This document shows, piece after piece, positions 20,264 through 31,184 of a DNA stretch of 64,000 nucleotides. Within the stretch, counting starts at the first letter, position 1, and every line of letters starts with the position of its first letter. The notes beneath the pieces were generated by a model that was given only the letters and a program-made list of their open reading frames with translations, ran no database searches and was not told the origin of the DNA. Source of the stretch: Vicinamibacteria bacterium (GTDB lineage Bacteria; Acidobacteriota; Vicinamibacteria; Vicinamibacterales; UBA8438); assembly GCA_022820675.1 (NCBI GenBank), contig JAJEFC010000346.1, positions 3,387 to 67,386 on the forward strand, written 5' to 3'. Made by a program: the position numbers and the translations under genes.

Positions 20264-20714
20264 TGCAGTGCCACAGCCAAGAGTTCGGGTACGCGGTGCT
20301 GGCAAGTCGTTGACGATGTGACCAATAGGGCCAGTCCGTACCCGAAGATTATGGCGTGACGCAGCACTAGGCTGCACCTTCGTGGGTGTCCGGTGGAGTG
20401 GCGCCGGGCGCTGCCGGGATCCGCGTGCGGGGGGGTGACCCGGTGGGCATTTCGAGGAAGAGCTTGTTGACGGTCGTGGCGATCAGCATCGGGATCGGCG
20501 CGCTTACCGGCGTCGCGGGCACTTTCTCGGTCTCGGGCCGGGGTGGTTGGCGGCGCGAGGGGCGCCGTTTGCGCCGTGACCGCGGTGCTCTTGCTCCGCC
20601 AGCCGAGCCGGTAGGACTCCGGCGACGCAGGCGTTGTCGGGCGCTCCCGTGTCGGTGACGCTTCAACGCCAAGCCGGGAACGGCCTTCCTGTCCCTCCGT
20701 CGCCGTACGCAAGT

Positions 20715-20768
20715 CGGGCGCCCTGTCGCCGCCGAGTCGGCCGCGGCAGGGCGCCCGTCGTTCTTTCC
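20715..20768. terminator. GC-rich hairpin with T-rich tail on the + strand, between convergent transcription units
   Basis: cgggcgccctg (20715-20725) pairs perfectly with cagggcgcccg (20747-20757), followed by tcgttctttcc. It lies 30 nt beyond the stop of the minus-strand propeller gene. Confidence 0.35.
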
Positions 20769-20787
20769 CGCCGGTATCCGTCCCCGC

Positions 20788-22248
20788 TCAGTTCCCCAGC
20801 GGCTCCGACTGCGCGCCCGCCTGCACCGCCCACAGCCGGTTGCGGGTCAGCAGGTACATGACGCCGTCTCGCACCACCGGGGTGCTGTAGACCGAGGCGC
20901 CCATGTTGACCTCGGCCAGCAGCTCCATCTCGGTGCCCGCCCGCAGCACCGCGATGTCGCCGTCCTCGTCGCCCAGGAACACCTTGCCGTCGGCGACGAA
21001 CGGCGAGCCCCAGACGGCCGCGAACGTGTCGTAGGTCCAGTGGTGCTCGCCCGTGTTCGGGTCGAGGGCGTGCAGGAAGCCCGAGAGGCTCGAGATGTAG
21101 AGGACGCCGTCGGCGATGGCCGCCGTCGACATGGTGCGGTAGAAGTCCTCGCCGTCGCGGCTCCACACCTTGTGGGTGTCGGTGACGTCGCCCGAGCCGG
21201 TGGCGTCGATGGCGTAGAAGTGGCCGGGGGCCTCGCCGTGCTCGGGGTCCTGGCCGACCCCCACGTAGACCTTGTCCTCCCAGATCACGGGGGTCGCGAG
21301 GATGTTGTTGCGGGTGCCGCGCCCGCCGAGAATCCACTCCGAGTCCGGCGGGTTGCAGTCGAACTGCCAGAGCTGCTCGCCCGTCTCGGGGTCGAGGCTG
21401 TAGATGATGCCGTCGCCCCCGGCGACGATGAGCTGTGCGCGCCCCTGGATGACCCCGTAGGCGGGGTTGGTCCAGCTCCCGTGCAGCACCCCCTCGCCGA
21501 CGTCGGTGTTCTCCCACAGCAGCTCGCCGGTGTTCTTGTCGAGGGCGATGACGTGGGGCGAGAACGGCGAGGGGATGTTGACGTGCCCCTCGTCGACGCC
21601 GTTGCTCGTCACCGTGAACAGCACGTCGCCGATGACGAGGGGCGACCCGGTGGCGAGGTTGTGGGGAAACACGTCGAGCTCGCCGATCATGTCGTACGAC
21701 CAGATGATGTCGCCGTCGGTCGCGTCCGCCCCGGGCTCGTCGGTGAACGGCCCGTCGTTGCCGTCGGCGAGCCCGTTGGCGTCGAGGCAGATGACGTGGG
21801 CCTGGTTGGAGACGTACCAGACGCGGTCGCCGTCGACGAACGCGGTCGAGCAGACGCCCTGCAGCGGCCAGTCGTTGACCCGGCCCGCCGACAGCTTCTC
21901 GTGCACCATCTGCCAGATGAACTCGCCGGTCATGGCGTCGAACGCCATCACCACGCCCATGTCGCCCTGGTAGGCGGGGTTCCGGACCCCCTCGTTGTTG
22001 GTGCCGACGTAGACCTTGCCGTTGGCCACGACGGGGCCGCCGTAGGCCTGCGAGCCGACCGGCTGGGTCCACAGGATGTTCTCGCCCGACCGCGGGTCCC
22101 AGCTCTCGGGGACGCCGGTCTCGTCGGACACCATGTTGCGGGACGGCGTGTTGCCGAACATCGCCACCTCGTTCTGGGCCGCGGTCGGGGCCGCGACCGC
22201 CGCGACGAGGGCGGCCAACAGCAGACGGGTTGCACCGTGTCGAGTCAT
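20788..22248 (-). CDS. PQQ-like beta-propeller repeat protein (BamB/quinoprotein-like fold), secreted
   Basis: In-frame ATG at 22248 (MTRHGATRLLLAALVAAVAAPTAAQ). Repeated GxxYxxD/G...W propeller motifs. The upstream part of the 1116-aa track ORF is a shadow over the neighbouring gene. Confidence 0.8.
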   Translation of the reverse strand: MTRHGATRLLLAALVAAVAAPTAAQNEVAMFGNTPSRNMVSDETGVPESWDPRSGENILWTQPVGSQAYGGPVVANGKVYVGTNNEGVRNPAYQGDMGVVMAFDAMTGEFIWQMVHEKLSAGRVNDWPLQGVCSTAFVDGDRVWYVSNQAHVICLDANGLADGNDGPFTDEPGADATDGDIIWSYDMIGELDVFPHNLATGSPLVIGDVLFTVTSNGVDEGHVNIPSPFSPHVIALDKNTGELLWENTDVGEGVLHGSWTNPAYGVIQGRAQLIVAGGDGIIYSLDPETGEQLWQFDCNPPDSEWILGGRGTRNNILATPVIWEDKVYVGVGQDPEHGEAPGHFYAIDATGSGDVTDTHKVWSRDGEDFYRTMSTAAIADGVLYISSLSGFLHALDPNTGEHHWTYDTFAAVWGSPFVADGKVFLGDEDGDIAVLRAGTEMELLAEVNMGASVYSTPVVRDGVMYLLTRNRLWAVQAGAQSEPLGN

Positions 22249-24461
22249 TGGTTCTCCACCACGCTGACGTTGTCGAAGTAGATGTCGATGGGCGAGTAGC
22301 CGATGATGCCGGGGCTGCCGTTGCGGTTGGGCATGGGATCCTCGGCGGTGATCGTCCACTCGGCCGGCTCGGGCTCGTCGCGGGGCCAGACCTTGCCGCG
22401 CACCAGTCCCCGGTCGCCGTCCACGTCGACCCGGAGCTTCAGGCGGTACCAGGTCTCCGCCTCCCACTCGAAGTCGACCTCCTCGCGGATGCGCAGCTCG
22501 GCCGCCCACGACTGGATCTGGATCTTGCGCCGGTTGCCCTGCAGGTCCATCGTGTAGCCGCTGTTGATGAGCCCGATGTCGGGCCGCCGCCGGCGCCACT
22601 GCGACGCCCTGACGTCGGCCTGCACCGTGTAGCCGGACATGTCCGTCGGGCCCAGGTAGGTGGCGTGGCGGTGGATGCCGGTGCGGGACGCGCCCTTGCG
22701 GAACACCTGGTCGCCGTCGAGCTCCTCGACGGCGAGGCTGGCGCCGCCGCCGATCCAGTACGGCGGGCGTCCGCTCTCGAAGTTCTCGGACCACGGCAGG
22801 GGGGCGTAGGCCCGCACCTGGGCCACGGCGCTCAGCTCGCCGACGGTGGCGGTGACCGTGCCCGCCTGGTTGGAGGCGCGGTCGTCGGTGGCGAGCACGC
22901 CCTCCGGCGAGATGCCGGCCCCCGCGAGGCCGTCGACCGACCAGGCCGCGTCGCGGGCGCCGATGAACCGGCCGTTCTCGTCGTAGGCGCGCACGCGGAA
23001 CTCGACGGTGTCGCCGGCCGACGCGATGACCTCCGCCGGCACCACCTGCAGGCTGGCCGCGGTCTCCATGGGGGCGGTCTCGGCCGGCCCCTCGGGCGCG
23101 GTCCCCGGCGCCGCCGCGAACGGCGCGTCGGGGTCGCCGATGGCGTAGATGCCCGACTCGGCGGTCACGTAGAGCCGTCCGTAGCCCACCGCGAACGACC
23201 CGTAGATCTCGGCGTAGCGACCGTCCTCGACCGCGAGCTCGTCGTGGTCGAGCTCGGTGGCCCCGTCCGGTCCCGGCTCGAGGATGGTGACGTTGCCGTT
23301 GGTCTCGGTGACGAACAGCTTGCCGTCGGCCCACACCGGCGATGCCTTGCCGACCGTGCCGACGCTCTGCTCCCACGCGACGGCCCCGGTCGCGGCGTCG
23401 AGGGCGAAGAGGTTCGCGGAGTTGTCGATGACGTAGAGCCGCCCGTCGTGGATGAGCGGCGACGAGAACCCGACCGCCAGCTCGTCGGCGCGCCAGCGCT
23501 CGTGGGTGGCGGTGACGTCGCCCTCGCCGGTGGCGTCTATCGCCACCACCCGGCCCATGATGCCCGAGTCGACGTTCTCCTCGCTGTGGGCCGCGTACAC
23601 CGTGTCGCCGGCGAGCACCGGCGAGACGTTGATGCCCCGCTTGCTCAACTGGTACTGCCACACCTTGCGGCCCGTGCGGGCGTTCAGGGCGTAGATGTGC
23701 CCGTCGGCGTTGCCGTCGATCCACAGGCGCTGGCCGTTGACGACTCCGACCACGCCCACCGACTGCGTGTTCATGTCGGCGACGTTGCCGCCGGGGGTCG
23801 AGTGCCAGCGGACCTCGCCGGTCATCTTGTCGAAGCCGAAGTAGCGGTGGCGGGGCGGACCCCCGAGGTTGCCCCAGCCGGCCCCGATGATGCTCAGCAG
23901 GAGCTGGTCCTCGTCGACGAGCGGCGTCGACGTGCGCCCGCCGTAGCCCGAGGCCCGGCCGAGCTCCTCGGCGAGGCGCCAGCTCCACACGACGGCCCCG
24001 TCGCGGTCGAACGCGTTCAGGTGGCCGTCGATGTTCATGGCGTAGAGGTACCCGGTCTCGGGGTCGCCGGTCACGCTGCCCCAGCCCACCCGGTTGAACG
24101 GCACCGTGGTGTTCAGCACGTTGTAGTTGTGCTGCCACAGCTTCTCGCCGGTCTCGGCGTTCCAGCAGGCCACGACCTCCTGCTCGTCCACCCCGTCGCC
24201 GGTGCGCCCGTTGGCGCAGACCCGCCCGTCGAAGACGGCGGGGGTCGAGCGCCCGACCCAGCGGTCGTACCAGATGAGGTTCTCGCCGTCGGGCGACCAG
24301 CTCGAGACGAGCCCGGTCACGTCCGAGGCGCCGGTCTGGGCGCGCCCCCGCCAGCTCGGCCAGTCGTTCGCGGCGGCCGGGCCGGCCAGCAGGCTCGCCA
24401 GCAGTCCGGCGACGAGCGCCGCGGCCACCCTCCGCGCCGTGCCGTGTGCAGCCGTGTTCAT
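22245..24461 (-). CDS. PQQ-like beta-propeller repeat protein with C-terminal concanavalin/LamG-like (DUF1080-like) domain, secreted
   Basis: Signal peptide, then NDWPSWRG and propeller repeats. The C-terminal ~200 aa (WSENFESGRPPYW ... IYFDNVSVVE) resemble the lectin-like jelly-roll found in DUF1080-type proteins. Its stop overlaps the next start (ATGA at 22245-22248). Confidence 0.75.
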   Translation of the reverse strand: MNTAAHGTARRVAAALVAGLLASLLAGPAAANDWPSWRGRAQTGASDVTGLVSSWSPDGENLIWYDRWVGRSTPAVFDGRVCANGRTGDGVDEQEVVACWNAETGEKLWQHNYNVLNTTVPFNRVGWGSVTGDPETGYLYAMNIDGHLNAFDRDGAVVWSWRLAEELGRASGYGGRTSTPLVDEDQLLLSIIGAGWGNLGGPPRHRYFGFDKMTGEVRWHSTPGGNVADMNTQSVGVVGVVNGQRLWIDGNADGHIYALNARTGRKVWQYQLSKRGINVSPVLAGDTVYAAHSEENVDSGIMGRVVAIDATGEGDVTATHERWRADELAVGFSSPLIHDGRLYVIDNSANLFALDAATGAVAWEQSVGTVGKASPVWADGKLFVTETNGNVTILEPGPDGATELDHDELAVEDGRYAEIYGSFAVGYGRLYVTAESGIYAIGDPDAPFAAAPGTAPEGPAETAPMETAASLQVVPAEVIASAGDTVEFRVRAYDENGRFIGARDAAWSVDGLAGAGISPEGVLATDDRASNQAGTVTATVGELSAVAQVRAYAPLPWSENFESGRPPYWIGGGASLAVEELDGDQVFRKGASRTGIHRHATYLGPTDMSGYTVQADVRASQWRRRRPDIGLINSGYTMDLQGNRRKIQIQSWAAELRIREEVDFEWEAETWYRLKLRVDVDGDRGLVRGKVWPRDEPEPAEWTITAEDPMPNRNGSPGIIGYSPIDIYFDNVSVVENQ

Positions 24462-24563
24462 CCCGCTTACCCTCGCTGAATCATCGAGTTCATGGCTCGT
24501 CGAATCGAGCCGTTCACGGCGATCTGAAACAAGAAATCATACTACAGCGGCCGGGGCGCTTCA

Positions 24564-24611
24564 GTGGTTCCGAGCGGTTCCGAGTGGTTCCGGTGGTCCC
24601 GAGCGTTCCGG
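24564..24611. repeat. degenerate tandem 8-11 nt repeat (gtggttccgag-like, 5 units)
   Basis: gtggttccgag cggttccgag tggttccg gtggtcccgag cgttccgg, read directly from the sequence in a 390-bp non-coding gap. Confidence 0.8.
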
Positions 24612-24851
24612 CAAGGGGTGATGGTCTGGCTGTCGAATCGAGTGGGGACGAAGACGCGCGCCCTCCTGCGGGCGCCCGATCGAGCTCCCGGCAGCATTTA
24701 TAGCAAAATTAGCGAGTTTATCCTGCTGGCATAAACTCTACGGTGTCAGTGACTTACGTGGAAAAAACGCTCGAAATTCGCCTTGTGTTCGCCCTCTCTC
24801 CCGGGCCACCAATCGTGCGGATCGGTCCACATGGTTCTGCCGCAGAGCCCC

Positions 24852-25979
24852 TCACGGACTGCCTGCGTCCAGGGCCCGCTCAACCGTCCACAGCAGCCCG
24901 ACGGCGGCGATGAGGGCGGAGGCCGGTATGGCCACCCGGCGTCGGTACCAGGGGCGGCGCCGGTACCAGCCCACGGCGGCGAACGCGATGCCGATGACCG
25001 CGAGCTGTCCCACCTCGATCCCGGCGTTGAAGGTCAGCAGCCCGAGCCAGCGCTCGTCCGCCGGGAGCCCCAGCTCGCGCAGGACGCCCGCGAACCCGAG
25101 CCCGTGCAGCAGGCCGAACAGGAACACGGTGGCCGGACGCCACGGGGTGAGCCGGTCGGTGAGGATGTTCTCGACCGCCACGTAGACGATGGAGAGCGCG
25201 ATGAGCGGCTCGACGATCCGCGGGGGCAGCGACACCACGTCGAAGACGGCGAGGGACAGCGTCACCGCGTGGGCGACGGTGAACGCGCTCACCTGCCAGA
25301 CGAGGGGGCCGAGCCGGGCGCCGAGGAGGAACAGGCCGAGCACGAACAGGATGTGGTCGAGCCCGCGGGGGAGGATGTGGACGAAGCCGAGCCGCAGGTA
25401 GCGGCCGGCCGTCGACCAGGCGTCGGCCGCGGTGGCGGGGCCCGCCAGCGGGAACGGGTCGCTACGGGCGCCGCGTTCCAGCAGGGCTTGGCGCGTCACC
25501 CCCCGCCGATCGTCCCGGATGGTCAGGTTCACCTCGGCGAACGCGCGCGACGCGAAGAACTCCAGCTCGGCCGCGCCCGCCGGTACCTCCCCGGTCAGTC
25601 TGGCCGTCAGCCCAAGCACCGTCGGGATCTCCGACTCGGTCGCGGCGGGCGTCCCGTGGTCCGGGAACGACACCTCGAACGGTGCCGGCTCCCCGTCGAA
25701 GCGCAGCCGAACCCGGCGCTCGAAGAGCCGCCGCAGCCGGCCGAGGGCCGCGTCGAGCTCGGCCGGGGGCAGACCGCGGACCGCCGCCGCCAGCTCGGCG
25801 TCGTCGGCGCTCTGCGGTGCCCCCAGGGCCAGCGCGTCGAGGTCGACCACCAGGTCGGCCCGGAACGTCCCGTCCCGCTGCAGCACGACCGTGGTGTCGG
25901 TGAACGTCAGGGGATGGCCGTCGGCAGTCGCCGGCAGCAGGGCGAGCAGCGCGGCCGCCGGCAGCCGGATCCAGGTCAT
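24852..25979 (-). CDS. HupE/UreJ family membrane protein with N-terminal periplasmic domain
   Basis: In-frame ATG at 25979 (MTWIRLPAAALLALLPATADGHP). The C-terminal half has HILPRGLDHILFVLGLFLLG, FTVAHAVTLSL and LLHGLGFAGVL, typical of HupE/UreJ. Confidence 0.75.
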   Translation of the reverse strand: MTWIRLPAAALLALLPATADGHPLTFTDTTVVLQRDGTFRADLVVDLDALALGAPQSADDAELAAAVRGLPPAELDAALGRLRRLFERRVRLRFDGEPAPFEVSFPDHGTPAATESEIPTVLGLTARLTGEVPAGAAELEFFASRAFAEVNLTIRDDRRGVTRQALLERGARSDPFPLAGPATAADAWSTAGRYLRLGFVHILPRGLDHILFVLGLFLLGARLGPLVWQVSAFTVAHAVTLSLAVFDVVSLPPRIVEPLIALSIVYVAVENILTDRLTPWRPATVFLFGLLHGLGFAGVLRELGLPADERWLGLLTFNAGIEVGQLAVIGIAFAAVGWYRRRPWYRRRVAIPASALIAAVGLLWTVERALDAGSP

Positions 25980-26119
25980 CCGAGTATACCTACGAGGACG
26001 GGTCGCCGTGGGGCGGCCGGTCGGCTCGTCGGCAGGCGGTCTTGTGGAGCCGAGGGTGGCCACGGGCGACCGTCGCGGGAGCTTCGCGCCGATCAGCTCC
26101 CGACGGCCGGCCGGTCGTG

Positions 26120-26290
26120 CTACCGCGCGTGCAGGGCGGGGCTGTTGACGTGCGCGTTGTGGCCGTGTTCGAGGGAGTCCACGCGCCCGGTGAGGCGGTC
26201 GAGCTTGCCGTTCACGGCGAGGATGACGACCATGTTGATCAGGCCCGTCACGGCGCCGACCAGAGAGAGAACGAGCGTTGTCAACTCCAT
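26120..26290 (-). CDS. small membrane protein (TM helix plus short coiled segment), hypothetical
   Basis: ATG at 26290. The 56-aa product is MELTTLVLSLVGAVTGLINMVVILAVNGKLDRLTGRVDSLEHGH. No family recognised. Confidence 0.3.
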   Translation of the reverse strand: MELTTLVLSLVGAVTGLINMVVILAVNGKLDRLTGRVDSLEHGHNAHVNSPALHAR

Positions 26291-26367
26291 GCGTGTTGAC
26301 AATGTACCGCACTGTGCCGGATTTCGCAAGAAACTCGTCAGCGAACACTTGGGCTCCCCCGCCCATG

Positions 26368-26790
26368 TCAGGGCCGGCGGAGCCTGACCAGGTAGGGTCG
26401 GCCCCCGCGCAGGAAGTTGACCACGGTGTCGGCGCTCTCGACCAGCAGGCCGAGGCGGGCGGTGGCCTCGACGTTGTCCTCGACGTCGACGCCGCCCACG
26501 CGGTAGATGACGTCCCCGGCCTGTAGCCCCGCCACCTGGGCGACGCCCCCGGGGGACACTTCGGTGACGAGGGCGCCCTCGCGAAGCTGGAGGTGCTCGG
26601 GCTCGAGGCGCGCGATCAGGGCGCCGGTGGGGGCGGCGTCGCAGATGGTGGCGCCGATGTCGATGGTGCGGGTGGCGTCGGGGTCGGCGCAGACGTAGAG
26701 CGCGTCGCCGGTCTGGGCAAGTGCGGCGGTGGTCCAGAGCAGGGCGAGGCCGAGGCCTCCGGTAGTCAGGACGTGTCGCAACCTCTGCAT
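26368..26790 (-). CDS. PDZ domain-containing secreted protein
   Basis: ATG at 26790 followed by a signal peptide (GLGLALLWTTAALAQ). The PDZ-like segment is VTEVSPGGVAQVAGLQAGDVIYRVGGVDV. Confidence 0.6.
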   Translation of the reverse strand: MQRLRHVLTTGGLGLALLWTTAALAQTGDALYVCADPDATRTIDIGATICDAAPTGALIARLEPEHLQLREGALVTEVSPGGVAQVAGLQAGDVIYRVGGVDVEDNVEATARLGLLVESADTVVNFLRGGRPYLVRLRRP

Positions 26791-27199
26791 GCGCGAAGTA
26801 TACGCCGGCCGGCGCCCGGCGGTCCGCGGGCGCCCGGCGCGGGCCGTCGTGGGTGCAGTCCATCCCCACCGCCCCCCGGCCGTCCGCTGGCGCATGAGCG
26901 CGGGTCGGCGGGCCGGGCGGTGTGACGGTCGCCGCCGTGCCGGGCCTTCGCGGGCCGGAATCGATCGGGCGGGAACCCAGGGGTGCGCGACAAGGGAGTG
27001 GTGCGCCGCCACGCAAGCGGCACGCAGAGGCGCGTGTGCGAGCCCGAAGCCCTACGGCGGCGTGTTCGCGGAGCCGGTCCGGGCCGCTCCCGCGATCGAG
27101 CGGCCGACAGGGCCGGCGGCCGTCGCCTCACAAGTGTCGTCCGCCCGGAACGCGCGTTTCGGTGTTCGGAGAGGCGGCTGATCCGTTACCCTGTGCGGC

Positions 27200-28366
27200 A
27201 TGTCTCGAATGACTGCGTGTTCAGGCGGGCGGCGGGGGCGTGGCGGATCGCGGTGGGCTCTCGGAGCCGGCGCGGCGCTGCTCGGGGTCGTCGCCGGCCA
27301 GGCCGGCGCCTCGCAACCGGAACCGGCCGGGGCGCCGGTGGTGGAGCGGTTCGCACGGCTGGCCCTCGAGTGCGTGCACCGCGAGTACCCCAACAAGATC
27401 GCCCACGTGCTCAACGACGACGGCGACGTGCGCCCGCCGCGCGAGCTGACGCCGGCGTTCTTCGGGTGCTTCGACTGGCACTCGGCCGTCCACGGGCACT
27501 GGCTGCTGGCCCGTCTGGCGCGGCTGTATCCGGAAGCGGACTTCGCGCCGGCGGCCCGCGCCGCGCTCGACCGCAGCCTGACGGTGGAGAACGTCGCGGC
27601 CGAGGTCCGCTACTTCCAGGGGCCGGGGCGGGCCGGCTTCGAGCGGCCCTACGGGTCGGCGTGGCTGCTGCAGCTCGCGGCCGAGCTGCGCGAGTGGGAC
27701 GACCCGGCGGCGCGGCGGTGGCGGGCCGCGCTGGAGCCCCTCGAGTTCATCGGCTCGGCGCAGATCAAGTCGTGGCTGCCGAGGCTGAGCCATCCCATCC
27801 GCGTCGGCGAGCATTCCCAGACGGCGTTCGCCTTCGGGCTGATCCACGACTGGGCGCTGCGCGCGAGCGACGCCGGCATGCTCGATCTGCTGGAAGCCCG
27901 CATCGCCGACTACTACCTCGACGACCGGAGCTGTCCCCTCGCCTACGAGCCGTCCGGGCACGACTTCCTGTCGCCGTGCCTCGCCGAGGCCGACCTGCTG
28001 CGCCGCGTGCTCGAGCCGGACCGTTTCGGGGCGTGGCTGGGCGAGTTCCTGCCGGGCATTCCGACCGACGGCGACGGGGCGGGCTGGCTCGAGCCGGCCG
28101 TGGTCACCGACGCCGGCGACGGCAAGCTGGTCCACCTCGACGGCCTGAACCTGAGCCGGGCCTGGATGCTGGAGGGGATAGCGGCCGCGCTTCCCGAGGG
28201 AGACGGTCGCCGGGCCGGCCTGCTCGACGCCGCCGCGCGGCACCGCGACGCCGGCCTCGCCTCGGTCACCGGCGAGCGCTACGAGGGCGGCCACTGGCTG
28301 GGCACCTTCGCCGCCTACTTGGTGACCCGGCGGGGGATTCCCGCCCCCGCCGGGGTCTTCCCGTAG
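27200..28366 (+). CDS. DUF2891 domain-containing protein
   Basis: EYPNKIAHVL, FFGCFDWHSAVHGHW, ERPYGSAWLLQL and GEHSQTAFAF match my memory of the DUF2891 family. Confidence 0.8.
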   Translation: MSRMTACSGGRRGRGGSRWALGAGAALLGVVAGQAGASQPEPAGAPVVERFARLALECVHREYPNKIAHVLNDDGDVRPPRELTPAFFGCFDWHSAVHGHWLLARLARLYPEADFAPAARAALDRSLTVENVAAEVRYFQGPGRAGFERPYGSAWLLQLAAELREWDDPAARRWRAALEPLEFIGSAQIKSWLPRLSHPIRVGEHSQTAFAFGLIHDWALRASDAGMLDLLEARIADYYLDDRSCPLAYEPSGHDFLSPCLAEADLLRRVLEPDRFGAWLGEFLPGIPTDGDGAGWLEPAVVTDAGDGKLVHLDGLNLSRAWMLEGIAAALPEGDGRRAGLLDAAARHRDAGLASVTGERYEGGHWLGTFAAYLVTRRGIPAPAGVFP

Positions 28367-28451
28367 GAGGTTCGCCGCCGTAGCGGCTGGGTGCTGTCCT
28401 GCTTATCGGCCAGTCGGTCGCCCGGCTTTACCTCGAATCGCAACGCTGGGT

Positions 28452-28766
28452 CTATACGCGGCCGATCCAGTACGCAGATCGCCGTCGCAGATTCACGACG
28501 GCCAGGATGCGCACAGGTCCGTCTCCCGTGCGATACAACAGCCCATAGGGAAATCGCCTCAGAAGCCGCCTGCGCATCCCAGCCTGTACGGGAGCGCCGA
28601 TGGAGGGATGCAGGGCGATGGCCCCCACGCATCGCTCGACTTCGGCAACGAACGCTGCGCCGAGGCCGGGGCTCTCGCGCTCGTCGTAGAGCGCGGTGTC
28701 CTCCAATTCGCGCGCGGCAAGGGTATGGAACGAGACGTCGTCATTCCAGCCGGGCGCGGACGTCAC
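28452..28766 (-). CDS. type II toxin, RelE/ParE family
   Basis: The ~100-aa ORF has FHTLAARELEDTALYDERESPGLGAAFVAEVERCV and FPYGLLYR ... RILAVVNLRR, a ParE/RelE-like pattern. The true start may be GTG at 28736, just after the antitoxin stop. Confidence 0.7.
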   Translation of the reverse strand: MTSAPGWNDDVSFHTLAARELEDTALYDERESPGLGAAFVAEVERCVGAIALHPSIGAPVQAGMRRRLLRRFPYGLLYRTGDGPVRILAVVNLRRRSAYWIGRV

Positions 28767-28965
28767 GGAACACCTCCGACGCCGCGCGGCCGGCGTCGCC
28801 GTTCGTGTCCCAGGCCCGATCTCGCCGTTCTGCCTCGTCGGCCCAGAGTCTGGTGTTCTCCTCGTCGGAGAGCGCTTCCAGACTGTCCAGAAGCCTCTCC
28901 GCGAGCCTGGCCCGATCCGACGGGTTCAGTCGCAGCGCCTCGGACTCGATCTCGCCAATCGTCAT
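28741..28965 (-). CDS. putative addiction-module antitoxin component
   Basis: ATG at 28965. MTIGEIESEALRLNPSDRARLAERLLDSLEALSDEENTRLWADEAERR is the typical addiction-module-component pattern. It lies immediately upstream of the ParE-like toxin. Confidence 0.65.
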   Translation of the reverse strand: MTIGEIESEALRLNPSDRARLAERLLDSLEALSDEENTRLWADEAERRDRAWDTNGDAGRAASEVFRDVRARLE

Positions 28966-28973
28966 GACGCCGT

Positions 28974-30929
<1,956 letters not shown>

Positions 30930-31184
30930 GGCAAGTCCTCCTGGAAATAGTCAGTGGAACGTCCGGCCGCCCTGCGGCCGGGACGCCTATTCTAGCAGTC
31001 CGCTTGGTGGCAGCCAGCCCATCCAAGGGTCGGCATGGCGTCATCGGCCGCCTCGAGATGTCTTCCGGCGCCTCGTCGAGCATCTTCAGCATCGGGTGGT
31101 GTCTCCCTCCCCCGGCCCGCCAGCCAGTGGTGTTCCCTGTGTGCAAATCGACGGCGGCGCCGACGAGCCTGATGGAGTAGACTC

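Noticed and set aside
20788-24138. 1116-aa ORF suggesting one giant propeller protein
   Set aside because: Only the C-terminal 486 aa (from ATG 22248, with its own signal peptide) are protein-like. The upstream part is an out-of-frame shadow over the separate 738-aa gene at 22245-24461.
24700-24745. Sigma-54 promoter reading of ctggcataaactcta
   Set aside because: The TGGCA-like -24 element is present, but no TTGC-like -12 element follows at the right spacing. The perfect 8-bp palindrome is the more defensible description.
24852-26366. 504-aa version of the HupE/UreJ gene
   Set aside because: The N-terminal ~129 aa are Arg-rich nonsense overlapping the small ORF region. An internal ATG at 25979 followed by a signal peptide gives a sensible 375-aa protein.
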